From Saprospiraceae bacterium (GTDB taxonomy: Bacteria > Bacteroidota > Bacteroidia > Chitinophagales > Saprospiraceae): a stretch of DNA of 64,000 bases. Positions 34,131 through 44,114 of this stretch are shown here, piece after piece. The position numbers and the translations under genes are program-made. Every line of letters begins with the position of its first letter. Position 1 is the stretch's first letter. The notes below the pieces were generated by a model, which saw only the letters and a list, made by a program, of their open reading frames with translations, searched no databases and was not told the DNA's origin. The stretch covers positions 1,266-65,265 of the forward strand of contig JAJCYI010000184.1 of assembly GCA_029263015.1 (NCBI GenBank). The letters run 5' to 3'.

Positions 34131-35363
34131 ATGAAAGTATTCAAATTAGCAGCCCTTTTTATCCTCCTTTTTGCCTATCAGCACGGCAATGCCCAGTTGG
34201 GCTGCACCGATCCACAGGCCTCCAATTACGACTCTCAGGCTGCTGAAAATGATGGTTCATGCGTTTATGCGACCACCACCTACTTTCCTCCGATTGTGAC
34301 GGAATTGGCGGCTAATTTGGCTGAATGCTCGGGGTTGGCTTTTTTTGACAACCGTTTATGGACGCACCTTGATGGCGGCAATCCAGATCAATTGCATGAG
34401 CTGGATACCCTGTTGGGCATAATCAACGAAACGGTCACCATCAGCAATGCAGACAACCAGGATTGGGAGGACCTGGCCGAAGATGCAGACCATATATATA
34501 TAGGTGATTTTGGGAACAACTTTGGCAACCGCACTGATCTCCGCATTTATAAGATAAAAAAAACAGACCTGATTGCTGGCACGTCTTCGCCAGAGCTTAT
34601 TGAGTTTTCTTTCAGCGATCAGACTGACTTTACATCCCTGCAAAACGCACATGATTTTGATTGCGAAGCATTTTTTTATTGGCAGGATTCCCTCCACCTT
34701 TTTTCTAAAAACTGGGTGGATTTCAAAACCCGTCATTATGTACTGCCTGCCACCCCAGGTGTCCATGTGGCAACACTCCGGGATAGTTTGAACGCGCAGG
34801 GGCAGATTACGGCTGCCGATATTTCGGAAGAAGGTGTTGTTGTTCTGTTGGGGTACAATACTGCGACTATCGAAACTTTCCTTTGGTTGTTATTTGATTT
34901 TCAAGGAAACGATTTTTTCACTGGAAACAAAAGGAGGGTTTCCTTGGGTAGTGCGGTATTAAATGGGCAGGTCGAAGGGTTGGCATTCCGTGATGCCACA
35001 AGTGGTTACATCTGCTCGGAAGACTTAACGTCGTTTGTATCGGGTAAACTTTTAACCTTTGATATTGCCCAGTGGCTGGGCGACCCCGTACCGATTTTCT
35101 CAACATACGATCCGTTTTCAATTGTGATTTCTCCAAACCCTGTTTCAGACAAATTGAATGTTAGTCTGGATATTGGATTTCTGCAAAATGCTCATTTTCA
35201 AATAGTTGGGATGGATGGCAAAACGGTATTGGAAAAGAAAATAGAATCATCTTCATCTCAGCGGCAACTCTCCTTCGATACATCGCAGCTAAATTCTGGG
35301 ATGTATTTTTTGGTATTAGAAAACAAAGGCGAGATGTTGACCAGGGTATTTGTCAAAAAATAA
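34131..35363 (+). CDS. Secreted protein of unknown function with T9SS CTD
   Basis: 410 aa with a signal peptide. C-terminus is ISPNPVSDKLNVSL...SGMYFLVLENKGEMLTRVFVKK. Confidence 0.7.
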   Translation: MKVFKLAALFILLFAYQHGNAQLGCTDPQASNYDSQAAENDGSCVYATTTYFPPIVTELAANLAECSGLAFFDNRLWTHLDGGNPDQLHELDTLLGIINETVTISNADNQDWEDLAEDADHIYIGDFGNNFGNRTDLRIYKIKKTDLIAGTSSPELIEFSFSDQTDFTSLQNAHDFDCEAFFYWQDSLHLFSKNWVDFKTRHYVLPATPGVHVATLRDSLNAQGQITAADISEEGVVVLLGYNTATIETFLWLLFDFQGNDFFTGNKRRVSLGSAVLNGQVEGLAFRDATSGYICSEDLTSFVSGKLLTFDIAQWLGDPVPIFSTYDPFSIVISPNPVSDKLNVSLDIGFLQNAHFQIVGMDGKTVLEKKIESSSSQRQLSFDTSQLNSGMYFLVLENKGEMLTRVFVKK

Positions 35364-35421
35364 GGGTATGTAGCGATGAAAAAGAAACAGTCAAGAATGA
35401 TAATTTATTTTTGAACTGTTC
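35360..35421. repeat. Truncated foldback element (apex plus one arm, related to FB-A)
   Basis: GAAAAAGAAACAGTCAAGAATGATAATTTATTTTTGAACTGTTC matches about 40/44 nt of 60519-60565. Confidence 0.75.
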
Positions 35422-35427
35422 TTAAAA

Positions 35428-36063
35428 TCAATTCATATTTTCCTCCTCTGTAAAAATCTCTTCCAAAGGGATTCCCAATCCTTTGAATACATTGGAAGTC
35501 AAAATATCTTTGTCCGTAAATGTGGGAAGAATGCCAATAAATTTATGGGTGGTTTCATCCAATATATAAACATGTGCCACTCGGTGTTCTGGGTCAACCA
35601 CCCAATATTCCAAAACGCCCGCTTCTTGGTACAGTTCAAACTTATCCTTCATCTCCAGTCTAGAATTGCCTGGCGATAATATTTCAACCACCAAATCGGG
35701 AGCGCCCACGCAGCCCTGTTTGTCGAGTTTGCTTTGGTCGCAGACCACGCATAAATCGGGTTGCACAACCGTATCAATTTTGTTGCCTTTCATTTTGTGT
35801 TTTGGCAAAGGCAAACGCACATCGAACGGGGCGGAAAAAAGGTCGCAATTTTTTTTGGAGAAATAAATACCTATTGATGTATGTAAATAGCTCGATACTC
35901 TCTGGTGCTGCACATTTGGTGCTGCCATAGGAAACAAGCGCCCTTTCAGCAGTTCAACCCTTTCTTTGAAATGCCAGAGGAGGTAGTCTCCGTAATTGTA
36001 ATGCTGTTTGGGATCCAGCTGTTGGAGTGAATTTATCATAATTTCTTTTGTTGAAGACCCCAT
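35428..36063 (-). CDS. Uma2 family endonuclease (start uncertain: 36063 or 36039)
   Basis: RVELLKGRLFPMAAP, VQPDLCVV, PDLVVEILSPGN and EAGVLEYWVVDP. Confidence 0.85.
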   Translation of the reverse strand: MGSSTKEIMINSLQQLDPKQHYNYGDYLLWHFKERVELLKGRLFPMAAPNVQHQRVSSYLHTSIGIYFSKKNCDLFSAPFDVRLPLPKHKMKGNKIDTVVQPDLCVVCDQSKLDKQGCVGAPDLVVEILSPGNSRLEMKDKFELYQEAGVLEYWVVDPEHRVAHVYILDETTHKFIGILPTFTDKDILTSNVFKGLGIPLEEIFTEEENMN

Positions 36064-36539
36064 GAGGATAATGTCTTGTTTTGAAATCCATTTCAAAGAT
36101 AGGCAAATGATTGTTTATGTATGGGCAATATTATAGGAAACAGCATTGGAAACAGAGGAAAGACAATGAAGCCAGCTAAAGGGCAATCTACATCTGATCT
36201 ATCCGAGGTGAATCCTTTGGGGGAAGGAGGCCAAGGTGATTATGGGGAAAACTCCCTTCCCAATAGGGCAACACCAGCCCAAAAGGGTCGTTAACCATTG
36301 CGATAAACAAGCTTTGACTCGAGCCTCAAAAACTCAAAACTCAAAATTCCATCATAAGCACCTCCCTTTCTTTTGCCGCACACTGAACTAAACGTGCGAA
36401 AACACCTAGCCACCAGCCTATTTCTAATTAGATTTGCCGTTTTAAAAAATACCAAGAGCCGGATCAATTCATTGACCAAAATAGAATCCATAAAACATGG
36501 ACATGCGGCGATTGGGTATGAAATTTCAATATAGATAAA

Positions 36540-39500
36540 ATGTTTTACCGATTATTCCCATTTACTTTCTTGATGCTGTTGGCCACTGTGGCTTTCGGCC
36601 AATTTCCTCAAAACATACAATTGGACAAAAACGGGCTGACTGGTGCTGACAAGGCTTTTGCCTGCCCAGATCAGTTTGCTGGTACTATTTCTTTTTCCAA
36701 TTTTATGGGACAGAGCAACGACACCATTCCAGACACGATTTACATGTGTTTGAACGATGCATTTGATATTGTTCACAATGGTGATTCGGACTTGACGGGC
36801 GATCCCAATAATGCAACCACGCCAGGTATCACTTATGCATGGTTCGATTGTCCGCCAGCAACCAATGGTCCAAATTTGACGACCATCCTGACCGATCCCT
36901 GCATTTTTATTGGGCCACCGCCTCCGGCAAATGGCATTTATGTAACGGCAAGTGGCAATTTTAATGGCAATATCAATTTCAATAATTCTGGAGCCTTGCA
37001 AAGTACTTTCAATGGGGGAGACCCAATCCTGTTTTGGTTTGCACCGATCACGATTGACAACTTCTCTTTGAAATTGTATGAAAACGATGCTAACACTGGC
37101 GAAACAGGCCCTTGTGTCAACCTGAATACTGCCGAAGCATTTGCGGTTGTTTATCTGAATGAGGTGGAACTGACAAACTTTAACGCAAATACAGGCGTGA
37201 GTGGGTGCGAAGGATCGATCACGGTTTCGGGAGGTTTGCCTGAATTTGACGGAAGCGATTACGACGTATCTATCACATTGGTTGGGAATCCATCTGTCAT
37301 GGGTACAGTCACCAGTGGGGCGGTCACTCATGGTGACGACATTACGTTCCAAGTGCCGGCTCCAGGACTGTATGAAATTGTTGTGGAAGATGGAAAAAGC
37401 TGTGGCGGTACTTTTTTGGCCAATATGACCTCCTGTGTCAATATGACTCAAAGCATTGGTAGCACCATAGTCGCACCGGGCGATAACATTTGCATAGATG
37501 TGACTAGTGAAAATGGTTTTGTGGATGTTCAATCTATTCAATATGCCATTACTTGGGACGGTTCTATTTTACAATACAGTGGCGTGACCAATTTTACACC
37601 CCTGTTGACCAGTCTGACCCAAAGTGCATTCAACAATCAAGGTGATACGCTGAGGATGGTGTGGTTTGAGAGTATCGGTGGCGCTACTGTGCCAGATGGA
37701 ACGGTGCTTTTCCAGGTTTGCTTTGATATAGTGGGAATGGATGGAGAATGCACAGATGTTTCATTTGTTGATCTTGGCCCGCTCACTAGTATTGAAATAA
37801 TTAACGATATGGGCAATGAACTAGGTTTCAGTGGGATTCCTGGTTTGCTGTGCGTCTCCAATTCAGCACTTCAGACGATGGCTGTCCAGGATAGTGTCAC
37901 TTGCCCTGGAGGAATGGATGGTGGTTTTACGATAACAGTGAGCGGTGGCAGCCCACCCTATAATATAACTTGGCAAGATGCTTCTGGTGGCCCAGTTAAT
38001 GGCCCTGGGGTCATCAATGTGGATGGGGGTTCGTTCACTGCTTCCAGCCTTTCAGCAGGTATGTACATCATCACCATCATGGACAGTTCAGGAACGCCAT
38101 TGGTGGGGATCGAACAAGTAGAAGTGTTTGGGCCACCGATGCTCAACGTTTTGTTTTCGACCAATATCCCCCTCTGTAATGGCGACCCAGGTAGCATCAC
38201 TGCCACGCTTGTGCTGGACAGCGTCATCGTAACCAATCCAACCCAAGACTATGCTTTTGACTGGTCAAATGGGGGTGCAACACCTACCATTTCTGGCATT
38301 ACCTCTGGTGGCTATTCCTTGATAGTTACTGAAAATGCAACTGGATGTACTATTGAAGAAGACGTTTTTTTACCGCAACCCTTGCCATTAGCTGTTGATA
38401 TTCAACTTGATACGGCATCCTGCTCGGGCTTGGCAGATGGTGTCATCAGCGTAACAGTATCTGGGGGAACACCTGATATGAACGGTGATTATACTATTCA
38501 ATTGGCCGCAATAAATGTAACGGGGACGGTTGCCAATGTTATGCTTCAATCAGGTAAATATGACTTGTTCATAGAGGACGCCAACGGCTGCACCATTCAG
38601 CAGGACATCTTTTTACCTTCGGTTAAAATTTTGGCTGTTACCCCTACCATTACGAATGTTGATTGCAGTGGCGATTGCAATGGGAATATTTTTGCACAAG
38701 GAACAACCACGGGTGGTGTGCCCGCATTGCCTTATACCTTTAATTGGTCGGGCATGCCAAACCCACCGCCATCTATTGACATGCCGAGCAATTCCACTTT
38801 GAACAATTTATGTGTCGGTACTTATTTCATTCAAATGCAAGACATAGATGGTTGTGAAATAATGGACACCTTTACCATAGTCCAACCTACGCCGTTGGAT
38901 GTTACATTGGTTGATGTGGTGGACGAAACATGTATGCCGGGCATGGACGGCAGTATTACAATAGCTGTGGTTGGGGGAGAATTTCCGTTCACTTATGATT
39001 GGGGCATCACGCCTTCAACAGATTCTATTGCAACTGGCTTGTCAGCAGGACTTTATTCAGTTGTAGTAACAGACGCTGTTGGTTGTTTTGATACGTTGTC
39101 AGCACAGGTAACAGTGCCCCTCCCACCTGAAATCCAATCCCTCAACGATGATATGATACTTTGTGCCGATGGCAATAATGGTTCCCTGACCGTAGTACCG
39201 GTCAACGCTACCGATATTATCAGCTACGATTGGTCAGGCAGTTTGATAGGGTCAACCATTTCTAATTTATTGCCAGGTGAATACATCGTCACGATCACCG
39301 ACATCAACAATTGTACTGCGGTGGACACAGGCTATGTGACAGCGCCGCCGCCGTTGGTACTCGACAGTATATCTTTGACAAGTCCGTCGTGTGTAGGTGG
39401 CCCTGATGGGGCGATTATTGTATTTGTATCTGGGGGGACTGGGCCTTATGATTTCGTATGGTCAGATCCAACAGCACCCAATGGCAGTGTATTTGGCTTT

Positions 39501-41111
39501 GCTTCGGCAGGGGATTATTCCATTGAAGTTTCTGATGCAAATAACTGCCCCCAACTGATGATTGCCCTCACGTTGGATGATCCACCAGGAATTGTGGCTG
39601 ATTTTATAGCCATTGATTCGGTGAGTTGTGCCAACACGGGTATGTCCTGTGATGGTACAGCTACGGCGAACGCTATGTACAGTGATGGCTCGACCGGAGA
39701 TTTTAACTTCATTTGGTTGGGTAGTGGTGAAACTACCAGTAATAGCCCAACGAGTACAGCGGTCCAGCTTTGTGCAGGCCCACAGCAGGTTAGCGTTGCT
39801 GCTCTTATATGTGTAGATACTTTTACAGTTAATATCCCTGCCCCTCCCGCACTGATTTCAACAAATCCAACTATTGAAAATGTCTCTTGCAATGGCTTGT
39901 CTGACGGTACCATTACCTTGGTCCCATCTGGAGGAAGCCCGCCTTATGATATTGCATGGGCAGGAGGGGTCAATGGGCCAACTATTACAGATTTACCTGT
40001 TGGGACTTATGTGGCAACCATTACTGACTCAAAAGGATGTTCGTTCCAGCATACGGTCACAGTACTTGAGCCAGATCCACTGGTTGTTTCTTTGGATAAT
40101 ACATTGACGAATGATGTAAGCTGCGCAGGACTCGAAGATGGAATGATAGCTGTGATTGTCGAAGGTGGCAACTCGTTATCGGGCGTGACCTATTTATGGC
40201 AAAATGGGATTGCTGCTTCCGATTCCAGGGAAGCCTTTGATTTGCCAGCAGGCACTTATTTTGTAACTGTGGTGGATGCTAAAGGCTGTTTGGATTCTTT
40301 GGAACACTCCATTTCAGCACCACTACCAATTCAATTCCAGTTAGGTGCGATACCAGATATCAACTGCTTTGGCGGAAATACGACCATAACAGTTGATTCA
40401 GCCTGGGGTGGCAATCCTGGCCAGTTTCGATTCCAAGTGGACAATGGCCCATTGCAGATAACAGGACAGGCCATCGGTGGCTTTATTGCAGGTGACCATA
40501 CCATAACAGTGGTGGATGTGAATGGCTGCGAGGCCAATACAACTATCAACATTGCCCAACCAATCGAAATTATTGTTGACCTGCCAAGTATGGTGGAAAT
40601 CGAACTGGGCGATTCGCTCACCCAGCTCGACCCGGTCATCATCTCCTCCGTCCCGATTGATTCGTTTATCTGGTCGCCATCGAACCAACTTTCGTGTGCC
40701 GACTGCAAAAATCCAAGAGTAACTGCCATAGACGACCAACTTTATACCTTGGTGGTGATCGACATAAATGGCTGTACTGGGTCAGCCTCCGTGCTGGTTG
40801 ATTTAGATCGCAACAGGAACGTATACATCCCCAATATTTTTTCACCGAATGGCGACGGGATCAATGACAACTTCAAGGTTTTTACCGGCCCTGGTGTTTC
40901 CCGTATCAGCTTTGTCCGATTGTATGACCGCTGGGGTGAGTTGATACATGAAGTGAACGAACCGACACCCAGTCCTGATGGGACCGGCACTTGGGATGGC
41001 ACTTTCAATGGCGAAGAAATGGATCCTGCGGTGTTCCTCTACCTGATCGAAGTGGAATTCTTGGATGGGCAGGTATTGCTTTACCGAGGGGATATTAGTT
41101 TGATAAAATAG
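36540..41111 (+). CDS. Giant SprB-repeat cell-surface adhesin with type-B T9SS (gliding-motility-associated) C-terminal domain
   Basis: 1523 aa with about 11 repeats of the C.G..DG.I.V.V.GG..PY...W type. C-terminus is VYIPNIFSPNGDGINDNFKVF. Confidence 0.85.
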   Translation: MFYRLFPFTFLMLLATVAFGQFPQNIQLDKNGLTGADKAFACPDQFAGTISFSNFMGQSNDTIPDTIYMCLNDAFDIVHNGDSDLTGDPNNATTPGITYAWFDCPPATNGPNLTTILTDPCIFIGPPPPANGIYVTASGNFNGNINFNNSGALQSTFNGGDPILFWFAPITIDNFSLKLYENDANTGETGPCVNLNTAEAFAVVYLNEVELTNFNANTGVSGCEGSITVSGGLPEFDGSDYDVSITLVGNPSVMGTVTSGAVTHGDDITFQVPAPGLYEIVVEDGKSCGGTFLANMTSCVNMTQSIGSTIVAPGDNICIDVTSENGFVDVQSIQYAITWDGSILQYSGVTNFTPLLTSLTQSAFNNQGDTLRMVWFESIGGATVPDGTVLFQVCFDIVGMDGECTDVSFVDLGPLTSIEIINDMGNELGFSGIPGLLCVSNSALQTMAVQDSVTCPGGMDGGFTITVSGGSPPYNITWQDASGGPVNGPGVINVDGGSFTASSLSAGMYIITIMDSSGTPLVGIEQVEVFGPPMLNVLFSTNIPLCNGDPGSITATLVLDSVIVTNPTQDYAFDWSNGGATPTISGITSGGYSLIVTENATGCTIEEDVFLPQPLPLAVDIQLDTASCSGLADGVISVTVSGGTPDMNGDYTIQLAAINVTGTVANVMLQSGKYDLFIEDANGCTIQQDIFLPSVKILAVTPTITNVDCSGDCNGNIFAQGTTTGGVPALPYTFNWSGMPNPPPSIDMPSNSTLNNLCVGTYFIQMQDIDGCEIMDTFTIVQPTPLDVTLVDVVDETCMPGMDGSITIAVVGGEFPFTYDWGITPSTDSIATGLSAGLYSVVVTDAVGCFDTLSAQVTVPLPPEIQSLNDDMILCADGNNGSLTVVPVNATDIISYDWSGSLIGSTISNLLPGEYIVTITDINNCTAVDTGYVTAPPPLVLDSISLTSPSCVGGPDGAIIVFVSGGTGPYDFVWSDPTAPNGSVFGFASAGDYSIEVSDANNCPQLMIALTLDDPPGIVADFIAIDSVSCANTGMSCDGTATANAMYSDGSTGDFNFIWLGSGETTSNSPTSTAVQLCAGPQQVSVAALICVDTFTVNIPAPPALISTNPTIENVSCNGLSDGTITLVPSGGSPPYDIAWAGGVNGPTITDLPVGTYVATITDSKGCSFQHTVTVLEPDPLVVSLDNTLTNDVSCAGLEDGMIAVIVEGGNSLSGVTYLWQNGIAASDSREAFDLPAGTYFVTVVDAKGCLDSLEHSISAPLPIQFQLGAIPDINCFGGNTTITVDSAWGGNPGQFRFQVDNGPLQITGQAIGGFIAGDHTITVVDVNGCEANTTINIAQPIEIIVDLPSMVEIELGDSLTQLDPVIISSVPIDSFIWSPSNQLSCADCKNPRVTAIDDQLYTLVVIDINGCTGSASVLVDLDRNRNVYIPNIFSPNGDGINDNFKVFTGPGVSRISFVRLYDRWGELIHEVNEPTPSPDGTGTWDGTFNGEEMDPAVFLYLIEVEFLDGQVLLYRGDISLIK

Positions 41112-41129
41112 ATGATTTTTTATAAATGG

Positions 41130-41166
41130 AAAAGCCCTGTGGATCAAGTGTTCACAGGGCTTTTTG
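41130..41166 (+). terminator. Intrinsic terminator after the adhesin gene
   Basis: AAAAGCCCTGTG - loop - CACAGGGCTTTTT. Confidence 0.65.
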
Positions 41167-41220
41167 CATTCAACGTGACGATGCTGGTGCAGGAATGCGT
41201 CCTGTGCCCACTGTATACCC

Positions 41221-41964
41221 TCACCCATCATCCCCCAAAAACACCTCATCAATCACATCCCGCTCCAACCTAATAATAAAATCAAATACTTTTTGCTGGT
41301 CGTCCTTGGATAACTGGTCAAATAGTAAATCCCCTTTGGTTACCAAATCAAGACCGATTTCCAAGCCTTTTATTTCTTCAGGGGAATAACTGCCGGGGTG
41401 CATTTTCATTTTAACAATCAACTGCTCCAGTATTGCGATGATTTTTTTGATCAATACCCGGTCGTGCAGCGTATGGAACAACGTATAGCTGCTCTCCATA
41501 AAATGGTCAATCTCGTTACGGGGTAATGACCGCAGCAAAGTATTTATTTCAGACTTTTGAAAAGGAGGTTGAAGTTGGAGGGAAATTGCTTTTTTGACGA
41601 GGTTGCTTTCAAACTTACTGGCGTCCCGAAAAGACCGGAAAGCATTGATTCCGGCTTTTAATATTTTTGGTAAATGCCTGCCATATTTAATTAGGAGCAT
41701 GCTTGAGTCAACCAGAATTCGAAACAGTTTTTCGGGATGTTTGATGTAGTTGTCGAGACTATGAAAAGCATCATTGAGTTCCTCTCTTTTGTGCGGGGGA
41801 GGATAGATATAGTTTAAAAAATAATTCCTGAGCTGAGCTATTTTACGTTCATCAAAAGAAGCTGGCAGTTCGTACTTCTTTTTAATATTATCATATTGAT
41901 ACCTCTGGTTGATGACATTTCGGTAACCAATGATGACTTCATGTTGGGTTTCTTTTTCTGACAT
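41221..41964 (-). CDS. Hypothetical cytoplasmic, probably helical, protein
   Basis: 247-aa ORF with clean ATG and stop. No motif recognised. Confidence 0.6.
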   Translation of the reverse strand: MSEKETQHEVIIGYRNVINQRYQYDNIKKKYELPASFDERKIAQLRNYFLNYIYPPPHKREELNDAFHSLDNYIKHPEKLFRILVDSSMLLIKYGRHLPKILKAGINAFRSFRDASKFESNLVKKAISLQLQPPFQKSEINTLLRSLPRNEIDHFMESSYTLFHTLHDRVLIKKIIAILEQLIVKMKMHPGSYSPEEIKGLEIGLDLVTKGDLLFDQLSKDDQQKVFDFIIRLERDVIDEVFLGDDG

Positions 41965-42266
41965 TTATTAATTGGCTGTGTGATATATGTTGTTCCAGTA
42001 CTGGTATTCTATATGTGACGTAACCAGAAGTTGAACTTATGGATTTAGAACATTCAAAAGTACAGTTTTCGGTTCTGCCAATAGCACAATACTCCAAGTG
42101 GCCAGACTTGTCCGTAAAATCGCTGGCGTATGACTTTGTGCTGTATAAAGCAGAATGCACCTATTCATTAACAAGCTGGTTTAATGCATATTTTACTAAC
42201 TTGGCTTCTCTTTTGGCGGTTTTATTAAATCCAAACAAATCACATAAACGACCGAAACCTTTCATT

Positions 42267-42635
42267 ATGTCGAATAATAATACATTCTTTCTTCTATCTT
42301 TTTTCTTGTTGTCCATCTTTGCTTGCACACCTGAAAGCAATAATCAAAAAGTCGTCGGTAACTGGCAAGGGGCTTCCTGGAAAGTAAAGGGAGAAGAATC
42401 AGGAAGGAACGCGGCCGATGTGTTGTTTGAGTTTAATGCTGACAACACTTATTTCGCAGCTTTTGGGCAACAAAAGGAAGAAGGGACTTTCCGCTTGGTC
42501 GAAAACAAGCTTTATACCACAGCCGAAGGGAAAGCTGAAAAAATGGTGCAGGTCTCTCTTTACAGCATCGATACATTGGTCATGGATATGAACCGAGTTG
42601 GAATCTTGGAGCAGCTTATTTTGGTGAAAAAGTGA
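42267..42635 (+). CDS. Small lipoprotein (lipocalin-like)
   Basis: The internal ATG gives MSNNNTFFLLSFFLLSIFAC (lipobox), followed by VVGNWQGASWKVKGEE. Confidence 0.6.
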   Translation: MSNNNTFFLLSFFLLSIFACTPESNNQKVVGNWQGASWKVKGEESGRNAADVLFEFNADNTYFAAFGQQKEEGTFRLVENKLYTTAEGKAEKMVQVSLYSIDTLVMDMNRVGILEQLILVKK

Positions 42636-42755
42636 TTCATTGTTTCATAGGTCCATTGATTAAACCATGTTCCGTCCCTAACGGGACAATCAAAGGACAG
42701 AAACCGCCATAAGCTCTTGATTGTCAAAGATTATTATCCAGAACTCACGTTAAAT

Positions 42756-44008
42756 CATACTACTGGACATGAAGAAGGAAATGGAAGAAATTCATTAAGA
42801 TTGTGATGACCAAACCATAATCAAAATGAGTCTTCCACTTCCACACGAAATTACATCCTTTTTTGATGAACAGCCTGCCCATGTTGTCAGGAATTTATTG
42901 GTCACGGCCGAAGGGATATATTCTGCAAAGAGTACCAACCTCAATGTTGTAAAGGATGAACTGGGCAACATTTTAGGGGATCAGGGAACGACCAAGCCCG
43001 AATCGAACTATAAACGGCTGCTCCGGTTTTTTCAACTGGGCGACGAAGAAAAACAAAGCCTGACCAGGTCGCTTTTGTGTGTCGGGGTCTGTGTCCTGGG
43101 CCTGAAAGGCCGCAGGCCGAGGTACCTGACCCTGGACGGTACGAGCTGGGAACTGGGCACGAAAAAGGTCCACCTCCCCACTTTGGGGGTCGTGGTCAAC
43201 GGGGTGAGCATCCCGATATGTTGGGAGGACCTGGACAAAAAAGGGACCAGCAACTGCACCGAGCGGAAGGCCCTGTTCGATAAAGCCTGCCAGTGGTACG
43301 ACCTGAAGGGGATGGTATTGTTGGCAGACCGGGAATACATAGGCGAAGAATGGTTCAGGTGCCTCACAGGCAAGGGGCTGCAGTTTGTGATCAGGCTCAA
43401 AAAGAAAACCTATAAAGAATATGTGGACGGGCAGAGGACTGGTGTGGACAAAGCCTTCAAACACCAAAAGTGGCGGTATATCGGGATGGAACGGGGGGCA
43501 AAAAAACAGATCTACAAAAACAGCGGGGTCGCCAAACAGATCCGGATACTCGATGAGAAATATACTTTTGTAGTGTTCAAAAACCCCAAAAAGGAAGCAG
43601 AAGAACCCTTGATCTATTTTATATCAAGCTTAAGGAAAAAGCAGAAGATCGTAGGGGCCTATCCGATAAGGTGGAAGATCGAATGTTGCTTCAGGCACCT
43701 CAAGTCAAATGGGTTTAACCTGGAAGACCTGAATTTCAGGGCCAGGGAAAAAATAAAGCTGATGATGGCAATAGTGTCTTTTTTATATGTGCTCTGTATT
43801 CAACAAGGGGTCTTGGCCTATTCGGAATTCAAAAAAAGCGATTTCAAAAAATACCGGGACGGGACAGCGACCTTGGCGGTCTCGATTTTCCGGAAAGGAA
43901 AATCAATAATGGCTGGCAAGTTCCACAACCTGAAATCTTTCATCAAATTTTTGATGTCGATTTTAAAAGGAAAAAACCTCCCATTTTGGGTTCATGTCCA
44001 GTAGTATG
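42756..44008 (+). mobile_element. IS4-family insertion sequence (1253 bp) with 18-bp perfect terminal inverted repeats CATACTACTGGACATGAA
   Basis: TIRs at 42756-42773 and 43991-44008. Single transposase ORF. No convincing target duplication. Confidence 0.85.
42826..44004 (+). CDS. IS4 family DDE transposase
   Basis: 392 aa with LDGTSWELG, LLADREYIG and YPIRWKIECCFRHLK, matching the Y(2)R(3)E(6)K signature. Confidence 0.9.
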   Translation: MSLPLPHEITSFFDEQPAHVVRNLLVTAEGIYSAKSTNLNVVKDELGNILGDQGTTKPESNYKRLLRFFQLGDEEKQSLTRSLLCVGVCVLGLKGRRPRYLTLDGTSWELGTKKVHLPTLGVVVNGVSIPICWEDLDKKGTSNCTERKALFDKACQWYDLKGMVLLADREYIGEEWFRCLTGKGLQFVIRLKKKTYKEYVDGQRTGVDKAFKHQKWRYIGMERGAKKQIYKNSGVAKQIRILDEKYTFVVFKNPKKEAEEPLIYFISSLRKKQKIVGAYPIRWKIECCFRHLKSNGFNLEDLNFRAREKIKLMMAIVSFLYVLCIQQGVLAYSEFKKSDFKKYRDGTATLAVSIFRKGKSIMAGKFHNLKSFIKFLMSILKGKNLPFWVHVQ

Positions 44009-44041
44009 CGTTTTGATATTGAAATGTAAGTCGTATGGAAT

Positions 44042-44114
44042 GGAGAATTGAAAATTGTTGAGGCAACCGCTAATTCACCATTCTCCATTTTCAATTCTCC
44101 ATTTTCAATTCACT
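44042..44114. repeat. Heptamer array (ATTCACC ATTCTCC ATTTTCA ATTCTCC ATTTTCA ATTCACT) with an upstream inverted partner; hairpin at the acs stop
   Basis: GGAGAATTGAAAAT (44042-44055) is the perfect complement of ATTTTCAATTCTCC (44087-44100). Confidence 0.85.

Noticed and set aside
36166-36294. 42-codon ORF (MKPAKGQSTSDLSEVNPLGEGGQGDYGENSLPNRATPAQKGR) in the adhesin leader
   Set aside because: Hydrophilic low-complexity peptide with no recognisable ribosome-binding context. Cannot be supported from sequence alone.
36552-37541. 329-aa minus-strand ORF
   Set aside because: Antisense to the 5' part of the 1523-aa adhesin gene, whose frame is supported by repeats and a T9SS domain. Shadow ORF.
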